From contig NC_068982.1 of NCBI RefSeq assembly GCF_001194135.2, forward strand, positions 859,456-923,455: a stretch of DNA of 64,000 nt, read 5' to 3'. Below are positions 1 to 13,423 of this stretch, piece by piece; position 1 is the stretch's first letter, and each line of letters begins with the position of its first letter. Both the position numbers and the translations under genes were made by a program. Source of the DNA: Octopus bimaculoides (taxonomy: Eukaryota). The notes beneath the pieces are model-generated. The model ran no database searches, was not told where the DNA came from, and saw only the letters and a list, made by a program, of their open reading frames with translations.

Positions 1-869
1 CCGTCTTCTTAATGCAACTGGTCAGAAGGTATAATTTTTGGTAAGTGAAAACAAAGAGAAACTCAACTTCAATTCTATCCAAAACTAGAGGCACGAATAT
101 ACCGAACGTTATCTTTTTTTTTTTTACAAATAATTTGTATATTTATATATAATTTGTGTATTTAAATTACGAAGATTACACTGCAGTATTATAATGGTAA
201 AATCAATGGTCAAAAATATAATGTCTCACAACATTTTGGGGCTATTTTAAACTTTTTATAAAGGCAATGCAGAGGAATATTAGCTGATAAGAAATAGATG
301 AGACCGTTGAACATATTTCCTTACAGAAGCAAATCTTGACACAAATAAAGTACAAAATAAAGCAATGTCAGAAGCGTATGTTTTATGAAAGAAGTATTTT
401 CCTGTGAAATCAACAACAAGATGAAGGTACAAAATCTTTAGAAGATCGAATAACACGAAAACATTAGTGAAACAGGACCGTTAATTCAAGACTTTACTTT
501 CAGAAAGAATAATGGTCGCTCAGAAAAATAATGTCTTAAATACAAAGATGAATCCGTATAGTTTAATCGATATACGGGTAAAACCCCCACCCACTATAAA
601 ATAACTGGACAGAAATATTAGATACCCAATAAATTTGTTTAACTCTCCCGTTTTAATATCGAATTAGATTGGTTAGCTTACATGATTATAATTGACTTAA
701 AAACAAATTTAGTAACTGAAAATAAGAATGTAACTTAGTTCTAAGATAACAAGCCCTTATAGCTTGCTTACACTTTCAAGGATATGTTCCAAAATAAACA
801 TGTGCGATTGATACTTTAAATTTCTTTTGACAAAGACAAGATCTAGAAAGAAATGGAAGAGAGAATAGA

Positions 870-1320
870 TTTGCTGTCTATTTTATGAATCGCCATTATC
901 TCAAGTAGAACGCAGAGTCATCAAATGACCGTTTATAAAGACAGGAAGCTCTTGCAACTAGTTGAGGATTTAAGATCGAACTGCAAAACTAACGCCAGTA
1001 TCCCTTTCAGAAAAAGGTCTAACCACTTACAACCACCTTGAGCTGACCATAACTTTCCAAGCGAATCTCTGAAAGAGCAGTTACAGGCCTGTTGTATTGA
1101 TTCAGTTCACGAGCAACAAGTGCAGTTCGTCGTCTTTCAGCTCGACATTCACTCTTCTTATCTAACAGAGTACGAACATTCCAATATGAAATATTCATCT
1201 TTCATCCCAATTTTGTATTTTCTCCAGAGAAAAACCGTATTAGAATATTTAGATCCGGTTTGACCCAATTGAACATAGATTAAGCCATCACTTCACTTGG
1301 TGTCTTCAGCTAGCCAGATA
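870..1320 (-). mobile_element. RTE/BovB-like LINE 5' fragment (AP endonuclease N-terminus, pseudogenised)
   Basis: Minus strand from 1198 reads MNISYWNVRTLLDKKSECRAERRRTALVARELNQYNRPVTALSEIRLESYGQLKVVVSG*TFF*KG, then GVSFAVRS..LQELPVFINGHLMTLR in a shifted frame. This matches the RTE endonuclease start (WNVRTL..RRTALVAREL..ALSETR..YTFFWKG). Confidence 0.85.
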
Positions 1321-1541
1321 TAAATGAATTAACTTAGTTCGCTTCGAGCCATGCTGAAGGACCCCGAATGAAGGAGCACAGAGGATTATGCTGGGTTGCA
1401 TGCGTAACTGTACATATTCTATGTACCAGAAACACGTGTCGGTCATTGTAACAAAATAATTATTCTGCACGACCAACTAAAATTAAAAGGAAAAACTGTT
1501 GATGATGTACCTGCCTCCGTATTTTTTATAATGGTTTGAAG

Positions 1542-1544
<3 letters not shown>

Positions 1545-1611
<67 letters not shown>
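1545..1611. repeat. (CA)n microsatellite
   Basis: Direct read of the sequence. Confidence 0.98.
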
Positions 1612-1615
<4 letters not shown>

Positions 1616-1622
1616 TGTATAT

Positions 1623-2276
1623 TGTTGCTCCCCACGCGGCCTCCTGGTACCACCAACAGGCTCCGACAGTCTGTGTCCTTAGCTCAGAGGGCTGTAGGTG
1701 AGTTCAGGAAGCCAACTTGCTTAGAGTGGAAGAAGCAGCAGACAAAGAAGAGTCGACAATAACAAACAAAACCGTTGAGTAAGACCAAAGTAAAAGAAGT
1801 TTAATTAAGAGTCGAATAGACATTTATGGAATCGATAGACGGTTCTTTCGAGAGTTTTAAGAAATGTGTAGACTTCTTTTGGTGAGCTCTTCTTTTATTC
1901 ACCAGTCTAATGATTCATTATTATTTTTTAAATCTTCTCTTTTTGACGGGATTCTGTCGTTACTTCCGAATTCCCGTTAGTCCGGTACCATTCCGCATTC
2001 TTTACGCTGCCAAGTTCAAAACCGTTCGCCTTACAAAGACGCAACTGCTCACATGAACCACTGACGTTCACCGTCACAATACATGTCCCATTTCTGACAC
2101 CAATTACTGCGTCACCTGTTCAACACGAACTGCCCGGCATCGACCCATACATCGAAAACACGACACCGACTGCCGTATCAACTATTCACACAAACGTACG
2201 TCAACCGGCGCACCTCGGCTCAGTACAGACTAACTCCGCCATACGTTCACCAGTAGGATATATAGTTTGCCCACAC
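1623..2276 (-). mobile_element. Putative solo LTR
   Basis: About 650 bp non-coding island, richer in GC and CpG than its flanks, with TG...CA termini (TGTTG at 1623, CCACACA ending 2276) and an AATAAA on the minus strand near 1895. No clean TSD. Confidence 0.4.
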
Positions 2277-2374
2277 AGTAAAAAGCGCGCCAAATCATAC
2301 CGCCTACACCCCTCACACACACATACACTCACACACACGCACATGTACACTCACACACACGCACACGTACATGT

Positions 2375-2510
2375 ACGATGGGCTTTCAATTTCTGTGTAC
2401 CAAATCTACTCACAAGCCTTCAGTCAGCTCGAGGCTATACTAGAAGACACTTGCCCAAGGTGTCACGCAATGGGACTGAACCTGGAACCATGTCTTACCA
2501 CATAGCCACG
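2375..2510 (-). mobile_element. SINE family A (tRNA-derived, CORE-like) 5' part
   Basis: Reverse complement matches the head and core of the copy at 29035 (GGTTCAGTCCC..CCTTGGGCAAGTGTCTTCTA..). Confidence 0.85.
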
Positions 2511-4519
2511 TCAACGCCTAAATAAACAAATTGCAAAAGTGTTGAGAAGTTTGGGAAATACGAAAATATTAATAGAACAGAATTAGGATAAAAAGTTTAA
2601 TTTCTGAAGAAAATGCCCCACCATTAATACGTATGAAGGAACAAACAGCATGGATAGATGTAATGTGAAAGCTGTTTAGGTCAAATTAAAGAGGAAATGA
2701 GTTCGTCTGCCCTTTCCATGTAAAATACAGAGAGAACAATGCTAACGTTAAAAGCATAAAGCTACATTAAGGATTTAGAAGTAAGTTGAAGAACACAAGA
2801 AAGCACGGTCGGTAAAGTTTGGGTGCATTTAAATCTGTAGAAAGATGAAAACAGACCGGTAAATAAGGAAAAGAAACGTTTTTAATTGTGTACGTTGATC
2901 AGAACATTAGATGAAAACTGTGAAAGCAAAGCTACAACAATTTCTAATCTGTTATACAACCTGATTTCCAACACAGATTATTCTAATATTGTGTAGCAGA
3001 GACTGATTTGTAAGAATGTTGAAAGTTTATGTTGATCAAGAAATAATTGTACGTTTAAGATAAGCATAAAGCAATATTTATATCTTCCGGGAAGCAAAGC
3101 TAACGGAATCGTTGGCATGTCCGCCAACAAGCTGAAGCAAACTCAATTTGTATGACGTCATTAGCGCTGTACAATGTTACTGGCGCAGAAAAGAAACTTA
3201 TGATGTAGATTTGATCTAGCTCTAGTCAGATAGTATGTTTGATTAAGAAAAACAGCGTAGGAAAAATATAATGAATGGTAGTATTATTTCTATTAAAGGA
3301 GGAGAGAAACAGTAGGCTATAACTGGTATAGTTTGTATGTTTTGCCATTCAACATGTGTTGACAGTAGCAAATTTAACCAGCTTTGATATATTTCACTAA
3401 AAGCATAGTACAGTTATATTTTTTAAACTATAATAAAAAAAAATTATAATAAAAGTAATATTAATAAACTGTATGTTTTCTTATTCATTAACCTATAAAG
3501 AAAAGTATCAGCAGAACATCAATACAACGGAGACTTGAAGAATCTCTGATAAAAACAAAATCAAATTCTCTGATCTGCTGAAAACCTCAAGTCGCATAAT
3601 ATAAGCATATTAGAAGCTAATAACACTTAAACAGCAAGACAACAACAACAACAACAACAACAACCAAAATAGCATCATCATCATCATCATCATCATCCTG
3701 ACTACTATCAACAATAACAGCAACAACGACGACAAAAACAACACCCTAACGTTCACCAATAATAATTTATTGATTTACAGCTAAAAAAGTAAAAATACAT
3801 ATAAAAAAAAACACGTTCTGGCTTACGGTAATATATTTTTGCATTAACGAGCTATCTTTACACTCACGTAAGAAAATATAAATCAACAAAGTTCTTACCT
3901 ACACACTTATATACAACCATACAGTCATATGGACACACATATATATATATATATGCATACCTACACACAAACGTGTGTAATATGTGCACAACCGTTTATG
4001 TGCAAAATTATTCATTTGTGTGTTTATAATTTGTACATCTTTCTTCGTGTGTATGCAAAGATGTCTTTACTATTGGAAGCTCTTTCAACATACACCGATA
4101 TTATCGGAACTTTTTATGTTCAGAACAAAACCAGTATTGAGAAGGATCGAAACCATATCTAAGCTTTAAGCAGCTTTTAATCTTAAGTACGTGTTCCGAC
4201 TTATTCACTTGTTCGTCTGACAAACTTTAGAATTTCAGCCAATCAATTGATTGCTTTGCTTTCTTTCATAAAAGAACCTGTAATTCCTGAGATTGTCGTT
4301 TTCTATAATATTTACAAAAACACAGGTGTCAATAATTTGTGTTCATTGGATAAAATGATGAATTTTAAATATGGAACAATTATACTAAATCAACATTTCG
4401 TTTAATTGCATTTGCCTAATTTTTTTTTGTGTGTATTTATTGTCTCTTAATCAGAATATGAGTAAAGAGAAAATTCTAACGCTCTTCAAATCCTTTCAAA
4501 GAACTAGACGTCTTCATGT

Positions 4520-4790
4520 TTGACTATTACTTATAGCTTCCTCCATCAAGTCCACAAACTCGTCCTTCCCCCCCCCCTCTTGTCTATGTTCCACACGTCT
4601 AACAACTACACTGATCAACGTATTTAGTGGTTGCTTACTGTCTTTTCTATTCCATACTAAAGATACTGACAATGTTTCCCGCTCCTTGAACTCTTCGCTC
4701 ACAAACTCCTCTTTTTAATGGCCGTAAAATCCCCGAACATTTCATCTTCCTCGGCAACGGATTTTTATAATTAATATTTTCTTAACCACC
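4520..4790 (-). mobile_element. Degenerate LINE AP-endonuclease fragment (RTE/Rex-like)
   Basis: Minus ORF ..TLISVVVRRVEHRQEGGGKDEFVDLMEEAIS resembles the YAPQVG..EEKDEFW..L.E segment of RTE-type endonucleases. Weak match. Confidence 0.4.
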
Positions 4791-5037
4791 AAACTATACC
4801 TGAAACTAGTGTCTTCATATTTCTTCTTGTATATGTTGTCCTTACCTTAAATCGTTATTTCTCTAGTGGTTCTATTAACAAATGGGCGGCGTGTCTATAA
4901 GCTCTAAGACGGACCTTAACTACATTAACTTCTTTGTGGCATAAACTGAGGTCCACTTTCATACTGTATATTGAATTCAGAGAACGGTTCATAGATAACT
5001 ATATCAGAGAAACCTCAACCGCCTCATGTTCAAATCC

Positions 5038-5084
<47 letters not shown>

Positions 5085-6001
5085 NNNNNNNNNNNNNNNN
5101 NNNNNNNNNNNNNNNNNNNNNNNNNNNNNNNNNNNNNNNNNNNNNNNNNNNNNNNNNNNNNNNNNNNNNNNNNNNNNNNNNNNNNNNNNNNNNNNNNNNN
5201 NNNNNNNNNNNNNNNNNNNNNNNNNNNNNNNNNNNNNNNNNNNNNNNNNNNNNNNNNNNNNNNNNNNNNNNNNNNNNNNNNNNNNNNNNNNNNNNNNNNN
5301 NNNNNNNNNNNNNNNNNNNNNNNNNNNNNNNNNNNNNNNNNNNNNNNNNNNNNNNNNNNNNNNNNNNNNNNNNNNNNNNNNNNNNNNNNNNNNNNNNNNN
5401 NNNNNNNNNNNNNNNNNNNNNNNNNNNNNNNNNNNNNNNNNNNNNNNNNNNNNNNNNNNNNNNNNNNNNNNNNNNNNNNNNNNNNNNNNNNNNNNNNNNN
5501 NNNNNNNNNNNNNNNNNNNNNNNNNNNNNNNNNNNNNNNNNNNNNNNNNNNNNNNNNNNNNNNNNNNNNNNNNNNNNNNNNNNNNNNNNNNNNNNNNNNN
5601 NNNNNNNNNNNNNNNNNNNNNNNNNNNNNNNNNNNNNNNNNNNNNNNNNNNNNNNNNNNNNNNNNNNNNNNNNNNNNNNNNNNNNNNNNNNNNNNNNNNN
5701 NNNNNNNNNNNNNNNNNNNNNNNNNNNNNNNNNNNNNNNNNNNNNNNNNNNNNNNNNNNNNNNNNNNNNNNNNNNNNNNNNNNNNNNNNNNNNNNNNNNN
5801 NNNNNNNNNNNNNNNNNNNNNNNNNNNNNNNNNNNNNNNNNNNNNNNNNNNNNNNNNNNNNNNNNNNNNNNNNNNNNNNNNNNNNNNNNNNNNNNNNNNN
5901 NNNNNNNNNNNNNNNNNNNNNNNNNNNNNNNNNNNNNNNNNNNNNNNNNNNNNNNNNNNNNNNNNNNNNNNNNNNNNNNNNNNNNNNNNNNNNNNNNNNN
6001 N
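5085..6001. other. Assembly gap (917 N) flanked by (TA)n
   Basis: N-run. Other gaps: 12211-12455, 16075-16483, 17604-17675, 21290-21302, 23796-24049, 38199-38433, 39713-39845, 40176-40194, 41333-41349, 58110-58349, 59011-59250. Confidence 0.99.
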
Positions 6002-6562
6002 TATATATATATATATATATCAAAATAGGCAACAAGGATATTCAGAGGTAATGCAGTACGATCGTTTCATGCAGCTCTATTTAATTGAACAATACAATCA
6101 TTGCATCAATTTAAAATGCAGAGCAATCCTCAGCTGCACAAAGACATAGAATTTAATTAAACTAGAACAGATGGACACATTAGTATAATTATACCTAAAA
6201 TCTCCACGAAGTTAAGGAGATAGACAAAGAACATGTTGCCTCTACTACAGCATATAAGTTACGTATAGATTTCCAGTACTTATAGATTTCAGTATCTTAT
6301 ACTGTATATTGTTTCGCTTTCATGTTGTTACTTATGTTGGCCTTTGAGCATTTTGGCATGTATGTGCGCAATTCGCTTAACATAGACTATCTTTCGGCAA
6401 ACCAGTCGGATTCTGCTGGTAAATTGACTGAAAGAAAGCAAATTTAGAATGCTTCTTCCATGTGTTACCAAAGATTGTCTGTAACTGTCAGACATAGGAT
6501 AAATGCCAAATCTCTTGGTTTTGCAGAGTGAGCTACCAATGAAGTCATTAATAGTACATTAT

Positions 6563-6725
6563 TTCTTCTTCTTCTTCTTCTTCTTCTTCTTCTTCTTCTT
6601 CTTCTTCTTCTTCTTCTTCTTCTTCTTCTTCTTCTTCTTCTTCTTCTTCTTCTTCTTCTTCTCCTAATGTCGCTGCTGTTACTTCTGGTGTTGTTGCTGC
6701 TGTTACTGCCGCTGTTGCTACTACA

Positions 6726-6784
<59 letters not shown>
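6563..6784. repeat. Compound trinucleotide repeat (TTC)n - degenerate (CTG/TTG) - (CTA)n
   Basis: Direct read; the source of the poly-S/R/E/V/L ORFs in the track. Confidence 0.97.
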
Positions 6785-6786
<2 letters not shown>

Positions 6787-6989
6787 TCGACACGTCTTCC
6801 TTTTTTTCCTCTTGTCAGATGGGCCAATACTTATCTACCGATTCCGTCGAGTTTTAGGATTCTTTCCAATCAGTGATGGTTTCTCCTTGTAAACATTCAC
6901 GGAAATTTCGGAGAATTGGAACGATCAGATGAGGTTGAAGAAGACACAGCTGAGATTATAATCCTATCTACATTATATGTGTGTGTGTG

Positions 6990-7330
6990 TTCATTTCTGT
7001 TTTAATTATATAAAATCTTCCTCTGAGGAAGGAATTGGTTTCTAACAAGGATACAAAGTCTCATCGTTGGAATGTGGATAGCAAAAACAATGACACATGC
7101 TGAACTTGAGAAAAGTCTTGCATATTTTTACTGTCCCGCTTACAAATTGTATTGGTAATGTGCGGGTTGGCTGATTTCCGTTTTTGAAAACCCTAGACTA
7201 TCCAGATTGTTATTAACAAAACCAAGTCTACCAATTGTTATTGGTATAAATGTAAATTTATAATCTGCCAACCATTTATGATCCATTCCTTCAAGCTCAT
7301 AAACTCCATTCCCAGCCCAAAGAGTTAGAA
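6990..7330 (-). mobile_element. 3' end of an RLE-type non-LTR retrotransposon (R4/Dong-related) plus 3' UTR
   Basis: Minus strand reads ..DYKFTFIPITIGRLGFVNNNLDSLGFSKTEI.. and ..LPIQFVSGTVKICKTFLKF, the typical C-terminus after a restriction-like endonuclease (FIPIIVGALG...SGTVKICKTFL). Confidence 0.7.
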
Positions 7331-8077
7331 ATATAACTACGTTAATTGATCAAGAGAATAGCGTGCAGTACGATGAATACAAATCTTGGTAAGAGTTACA
7401 CTATACGCGGTTAATAAGAATCGTATAACTTGTACTTAGGAGAGGCAACGCAGATTCTCCTCGCTCCAATACCGCTCCTCATTCGGAAATGTAAGAGGAA
7501 TACTACATGCAGACATATTACGTATAAAACTTGATTTTTCCCTTTACCTCTTTCTAATCCTTATTCCTCCTTCCATCTCCATCTCTCATATATTTTTTCT
7601 CACATTTATTTCACCGGAATCGTTTGTGCTAATCTGAGAGAGCTTTGAACGCCTACACAAATGTACTTCCGAAATGACTGTAATTATACTAATTGCTAGC
7701 AAGGACACATATACTACCAAGAATGCTAAAGGTTTACAAGTCAATAGTGAGCCTTACTTTTGCGTTAGTAGTGCATTGTTTCCATTTTAAAGTTTATTTC
7801 TACAGATTTTCCATAGAATACAGAACCAACACTGAAAGTTACTATGTTTCGTATACGAATACGTAACCATAAATGTATTCTATAGAATATCTGTACAAGT
7901 AAACTTAAAAATGTGATCCATATGGACAAGAACTGTTTCTATACCTGCAAAACTTATATACTCTTCTTGCTCTCTACATTACTATATTATAATTTATGCT
8001 GCTGCTTGTTGTTCTTTGCTGTTAATACAAACCGACAGCGTTCCTAATCTTCTACATTCAATTTTAATTATACAAAA

Positions 8078-8304
8078 AAGGCAGCGACCTGGCAGAATTG
8101 TTAACACGCCGGGCAACAACGCTTGGCAGTATTTCTTCCGTGTTTATGTTCTAAGTTTAAACGCCACCGAGGTCGACTTTACTTTCATCTTTTTCTGGGT
8201 CGATAAAATAAGTGCCAGTTGAAACGCTGGAGTTGGTGTAATCGGATTAACCCCCCCCCCCCACACAACTTGCTGGCCTTGTACCAAAATTTGAAAGCAA
8301 TATT
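8078..8304 (+). mobile_element. SINE family B (tRNA-derived)
   Basis: Head AAGGCAGCGACCTGGCAGAATTGTTAACACG, body GAGGTCGACTTTACTTTCATC, tail GCTGGCCTTGTACCAAAATTTGAAA; matches the copies at 10875, 41728 and 52908. Confidence 0.9.
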
Positions 8305-8516
8305 AATAATTCTTTCTACTTTAGGCACAAGGCCTGAAATTTGGGTGCGTGGACTAGTCGATTACATCGACCCCAGTGTTTCACTGGTACTTAATTCATC
8401 AAACCCGAAAGGATGAAAGGCAAAGTCGTCCTCGGCAGAATTTGAACTCACAACGTAGCGAAATACCGTTAAACATTTCGCCCAGCGCGCTAACGATTCA
8501 GCCAGCTCTTCGCCTT
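8305..8516 (-). mobile_element. SINE family B, inverted, tail-to-tail with the previous copy
   Basis: Reverse complement gives head AAGGCGAAGAGCTGGCTGAATCGTTAGC, B-box-like GAGTTCAAATTC and core CTGGGGTCGATGTAATCGAC. Confidence 0.9.
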
Positions 8517-10254
8517 GAAATCAAAAATTAATAATAAAATACCTTGTTGGTTTGCCAATAAATATATCTTTTTAATATGGTTTTTAATTGGTTCTATTTG
8601 CTCCGAATTACAATTACGCTATGCAACTTCTGTGTCAAGATTTTTCCCTATGTTTTCGTTAAAACACACCACTTAATATCTCCCGGACATACTTCATTAC
8701 TGACACTGTTTGAACCTGTTGGTATTTTCACTACTTCAGCCCCTTTCTCTAGAGATTTACTAGAATCCTAACAGGGACACTATAACAAACTATTTCCCGT
8801 TCAAGGAAAGTAACTGCATTGCAGACACTGTTGGTATTTCTATCAACCATACTGAGACTGTAATAAGAAGGCCTTAACCAAAAGCAACTACAAAAAACGG
8901 ATTAAATATGTCCCTCACCAAATCAACATTAAGCCCCAAAAATAGGCGCTGCAAAATTTCTCTACTTCCGACCCTTTTTTTTTCTCATTAAATGCAAAAA
9001 CCAATGTCCTGAAATTGTCTGAGATGCACTTCCTAAACAAGTGTTATTAAACTCTATTGCACAGAAACTGATTGCAAATGATCAGTTGTAACAGACAAAC
9101 ATTAACGGTGCAGCAGCCAACAAATCTATAACATCTAAAGTTGGTCAGTGGAGTTGCTTAACCATGCTCGAAGCACCAAAATTAAATTATATTTAGCGGA
9201 AGTCAACTTAAAATTAGAACAAAACGGATGCCAGGACGACCAAAGGATGATTCCTCAAAAGATATGCGAACCATGCCATCTCACTTCGAGATGAAGAGAA
9301 AACGATTTCTACCGCATCATTGAAATATATCTGGAGATTTATTTAATTGGAAAACTAAAGAGAAAAGTAGGCCATGCAAAACAAAACAAACAAACAAAAA
9401 GTTCTTTAAGTATTAAGATCAAGGTTAATACTTGGCAATATACAAAAGATTCTAAAGATTTAAAAATTTCTAAAGAATAAAAAGTTTTGAATGGTACAAC
9501 AATGCACTATAATACAAAAAATGGACTATATACCTGTTGTAATTTAGTTATCCATATCCGATGATATTTCGGAATACAATTCCTTCTTCAAATATTCTTA
9601 GATGGAGTCGCTAAAATAATCTGTTTTCCAACGGCTTTTCTTTTTTCAGAAGCGTCTTAATAATTCCCTTTTTATCGACTTGAAACGTGGCCGGTTACCT
9701 GTGAGACAAACAACGTACAGTCTTGATAACGCAAAATAAAAGCCAGAAGACTGATTGCAAGGGATTTTGGTTAACATTTCTGAGCATTTGTCGAAGTAAT
9801 CTTTACTTCGACAAATGCTCAGAATTTTTTCCAAATTGTAGAATTTCTGACATCCGACAAATCCTGCAGTTTAATCATTTATTGTATATCTCAATTCCTA
9901 GGACTTTTTAACTGTAGTCTTTATGTTTCCATGAGAGTATTTTATTTTCGAATTTAGATTAAATTTCTCCATAACAATGCACTTATAATATTTCTTTTAC
10001 TTTCCTTTATTCTTGTATTGCAAAGTGCTCTGATTGCACACTCTTCCAATCGTGCTATATTTTTTCTATCTTTTGCGAATTTAATTCCAACTGTACGCTT
10101 AAAAACATCTCTTGATATAAATTTACATAAGATATATATTTACATCACAGTATCACAGTGTCGACCAGACCATCAGATGCTGTTTTACATCGCTGATTAC
10201 AATGCGATTCTAATTCTATCTTGATTGCCTCATTCTTCTCCATCTCGACCCAAA

Positions 10255-10470
10255 TTGCCTACCTAGATTGTTTATCTATCGTCGTGGAGCAGCGTGCTTT
10301 CTAAATGGCTTTTCTGATCTCTTAGATAACACTCGGCAACTGTAGGGGTCCACCTATTGTCTGTGAACCTTGAAACACATTCAGCTCGGCGGAATTTGCT
10401 TTTAGTATTCTGCAATCACATCTTAGTTGAGTTACGTTTTAATAGAAATACCCAACACGCTTTCTTGAGT
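10255..10470 (-). mobile_element. RTE-clade LINE 3' coding fragment
   Basis: Minus strand KFRRAECVSRFTDNRWTPTVAECYLRDQK resembles the RTE motif KFRWAGHVARFTDNRWT.AV.EWYPRD.KR. Confidence 0.7.
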
Positions 10471-10477
10471 GCTTATT

Positions 10478-10478
10478 A

Positions 10479-10546
<68 letters not shown>

Positions 10547-10550
10547 TAAC

Positions 10551-10582
<32 letters not shown>
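10478..10582. repeat. (AAT)n followed by (TG)n
   Basis: Direct read. Confidence 0.97.
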
Positions 10583-10584
<2 letters not shown>

Positions 10585-10874
10585 TAAAATCGAGATGCGT
10601 GGCGTTCAGTTATTCCATAAAGGAAAAATGCATTAAATACCACAAAACTTACACGTACAACAGACACAAGGACCCTAATGCTTCATCAGTTATCGACGAA
10701 AAATACTAATACTCAGTTTCGTGCCTTTAACGATAAGACTGGGAAATTCGAAGACAATGTCTTTCGGCCAAACACGACGTTGATGGATTAACGCCTGAAA
10801 GAAATCCTCAAATGGATATATCTGTGTGTGTGTGTGTGTATGTCAATGTGGATAAATTTGTATGTATATCATTG

Positions 10875-11106
10875 TTATTTCTTTATTGCCCACAAGGCGC
10901 TAAACATAGAAGGGACAAATAAGGACAGACAAAGGGATTAAGTCGATTATATCGACCCCAGTGCGTAATTGGTACTTAATTTATCGACCCCGAAAGGATG
11001 AAAGGCAAAGTCGACCTCGGCGGAAATTGAACTCAGAATGTAACGGCAGACGAAATACCGCTAAGCATTTCGCCCGACATGCTAACGATTCTGCCAGCAC
11101 GCCACC
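10875..11106 (-). mobile_element. SINE family B, near full length
   Basis: Reverse complement GGTGGCGTGCTGGCAGAATCGTTAGC...GGGGTCGATAAATTAAGTACC...CTGGGGTCGATATAATCGACTT...CTTGTGGGCAATAAAGAAATAA. Confidence 0.92.
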
Positions 11107-11211
11107 ATCTTGTATGTATATCATTGTGTGAGTGTATAATCCTTGTGTGAGGGTGCAAGTATATGAGTGTGTGTCAATAAATGTATGTATGTATATATAA
11201 TGCATACATAC

Positions 11212-11290
<79 letters not shown>

Positions 11291-11827
11291 CGAAATGCAA
11301 GCACGAGCAGAAACGCATGCGCGTATCGCTTCCCTCTGCTAATGCCATCTTTATCTGCAAGACTGATATAGTTGTTCACTTATACTTCCGTTATCTGATT
11401 CGTTTGAGAAAATAAATAGACAGGACGTCGCCACTTTTAACAATTTAAACCTAATTTTCGACGTATTGCTATAAATATGCCGACATGCAACGTAGATTCT
11501 ACTTCAGTTGTGCTGACAGAAATGCTGAAGATCATTTAAGGAAATCCTGACACAACTTACCTTTCGAGAGTCACCGAGAGTCATGAAAACGTGCTAAAAA
11601 TAATTCATTTCTTGTCATATCCTCCCCACTTGACTTATGCAGGTGAACACTTTGATTTACGTAACCAAGGAAACCCGCACGTAGAAATTTCTTGCAAGCA
11701 CCTTTCTTTGTAGAATTTAAATTGGAGCATTTTGCGGTTTTAAAATCTCACAATCGAAGGTCTTTAACGGCTCCGCCTTGGCGGGTTTGGTCGAACAACT
11801 TCATTCTCAGTAATTGTTTTAAGCATG

Positions 11828-11945
11828 ATACTTATTCTATCGTTTCTTCTTGTAGAACCGCCAAGTTGCTGGAAGCGGTGGGTGGGTAAACAAACCAGCC
11901 CCGGTTGTCAAGCGGTGGTGTTGACAAATACAAACAGCATACACA
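11828..11945 (-). mobile_element. SINE family A, 3'-half fragment
   Basis: TACTTATTCTATCG..GAACCGCCAAGTT..GGTTGTCAAGCG matches the reverse complement of the 29035 copy. Confidence 0.7.
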
Positions 11946-12132
11946 CACGCGCGACCGCATCTGAAGTGTGATAGACTTGTGCATCTATACAGGCAATATC
12001 GATTTGATGGAGAGAATGGGCTTATGTGCAATACACACACAAATATTTGATCATTGTAAACAAATCATGTGTGTGCCTTGTTCGGCAAGAAATTTCAAAG
12101 CCCTCATTCGGCGTTTAACGGCAGAAGAGTCC

Positions 12133-12210
<78 letters not shown>

Positions 12211-12885
12211 NNNNNNNNNNNNNNNNNNNNNNNNNNNNNNNNNNNNNNNNNNNNNNNNNNNNNNNNNNNNNNNNNNNNNNNNNNNNNNNNNNNNNNNNNN
12301 NNNNNNNNNNNNNNNNNNNNNNNNNNNNNNNNNNNNNNNNNNNNNNNNNNNNNNNNNNNNNNNNNNNNNNNNNNNNNNNNNNNNNNNNNNNNNNNNNNNN
12401 NNNNNNNNNNNNNNNNNNNNNNNNNNNNNNNNNNNNNNNNNNNNNNNNNNNNNNNAGAGAGAGAGAAGGAAAGAGAAAGAGAGAAACGGTTGTAAATTCA
12501 GTTAGTAACATCACTCAGAACATCCATAAGAATTGGTTCGTGCGAGAAGTTGGGTTTGTGCTTGTTCCGCCATGAGGCCAAAGATTTCCCATTTGTCAAT
12601 GTTGGTTCCGTTTGTAAGTTGAGGCAACTGAGTGATGCAGTGGTGCAACCTCTGAAAAGCTTTAAATAGAACCATCAGCATCGAGAATAGCAATAAACGC
12701 CATGAAATTCTATGGGTGATTTAAATTGATTAGAACGTCACTGAAGTGAGATCGATATTAATCATCTACAGAAATATTATATGAAACAAAATTCTCTCCC
12801 CATAGAGTTTATCAATCAAGCTACGTTTGCTCTGCCCGTTGCGAAGTTCAATCTAAAATTATTTACTATATTTTTCTCTTAGCCG

Positions 12886-13423
12886 GAGAAAAGTCGCCAG
12901 TTTCTACCATTGGGAATAGGTCAAGTATTCCAAAGTCTATCTGTCACAGACAATGACGTAGCTTTGTTTTAAAAACTTTGCATTTTTGTAGAAACAATGC
13001 AACCATTATCTTTAACAGGAAAGAAATAGTCAGGGGCCATTCTCGCAGTTAGGTTGTGCGTAACAGTTCCCTTTATTGTGTTTTTGTAGATAGCTCATCA
13101 GCTGTAATCTCCGATTTAAATGTTATCTAAAAGAGGTGATTCCAAGAATTTTTATCGGCATCCAGAGTTCTTTATTTCGCGCTCAAGTAGCTATATTTCT
13201 GTATCATTAAACCTGCTTAGAAGTCAGGGTATTTGCATCAAAGACTGTGTTGCCAAAACCTGGAAAAGTGAACAGTCTACAATATTTATCGAAATTCGTA
13301 CCGGATTATATGCTTCGGAAAAACAAGTCGAGATTTGTAAGGAAGTTAGAATTTTCGGAGAATCGTTAAAACATCGTCTCCTATTTCTCTCATGCCACAT
13401 ATTTTAGGTGCCACTTTCGCCTC
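12886..13423. mobile_element. Possible degenerate non-autonomous DNA transposon
   Basis: Non-coding block with weak inverted ends (GGAGAAAAGTCGCC ... GCCACTTTCGCCTCC). No TSD recognised. Confidence 0.25.
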
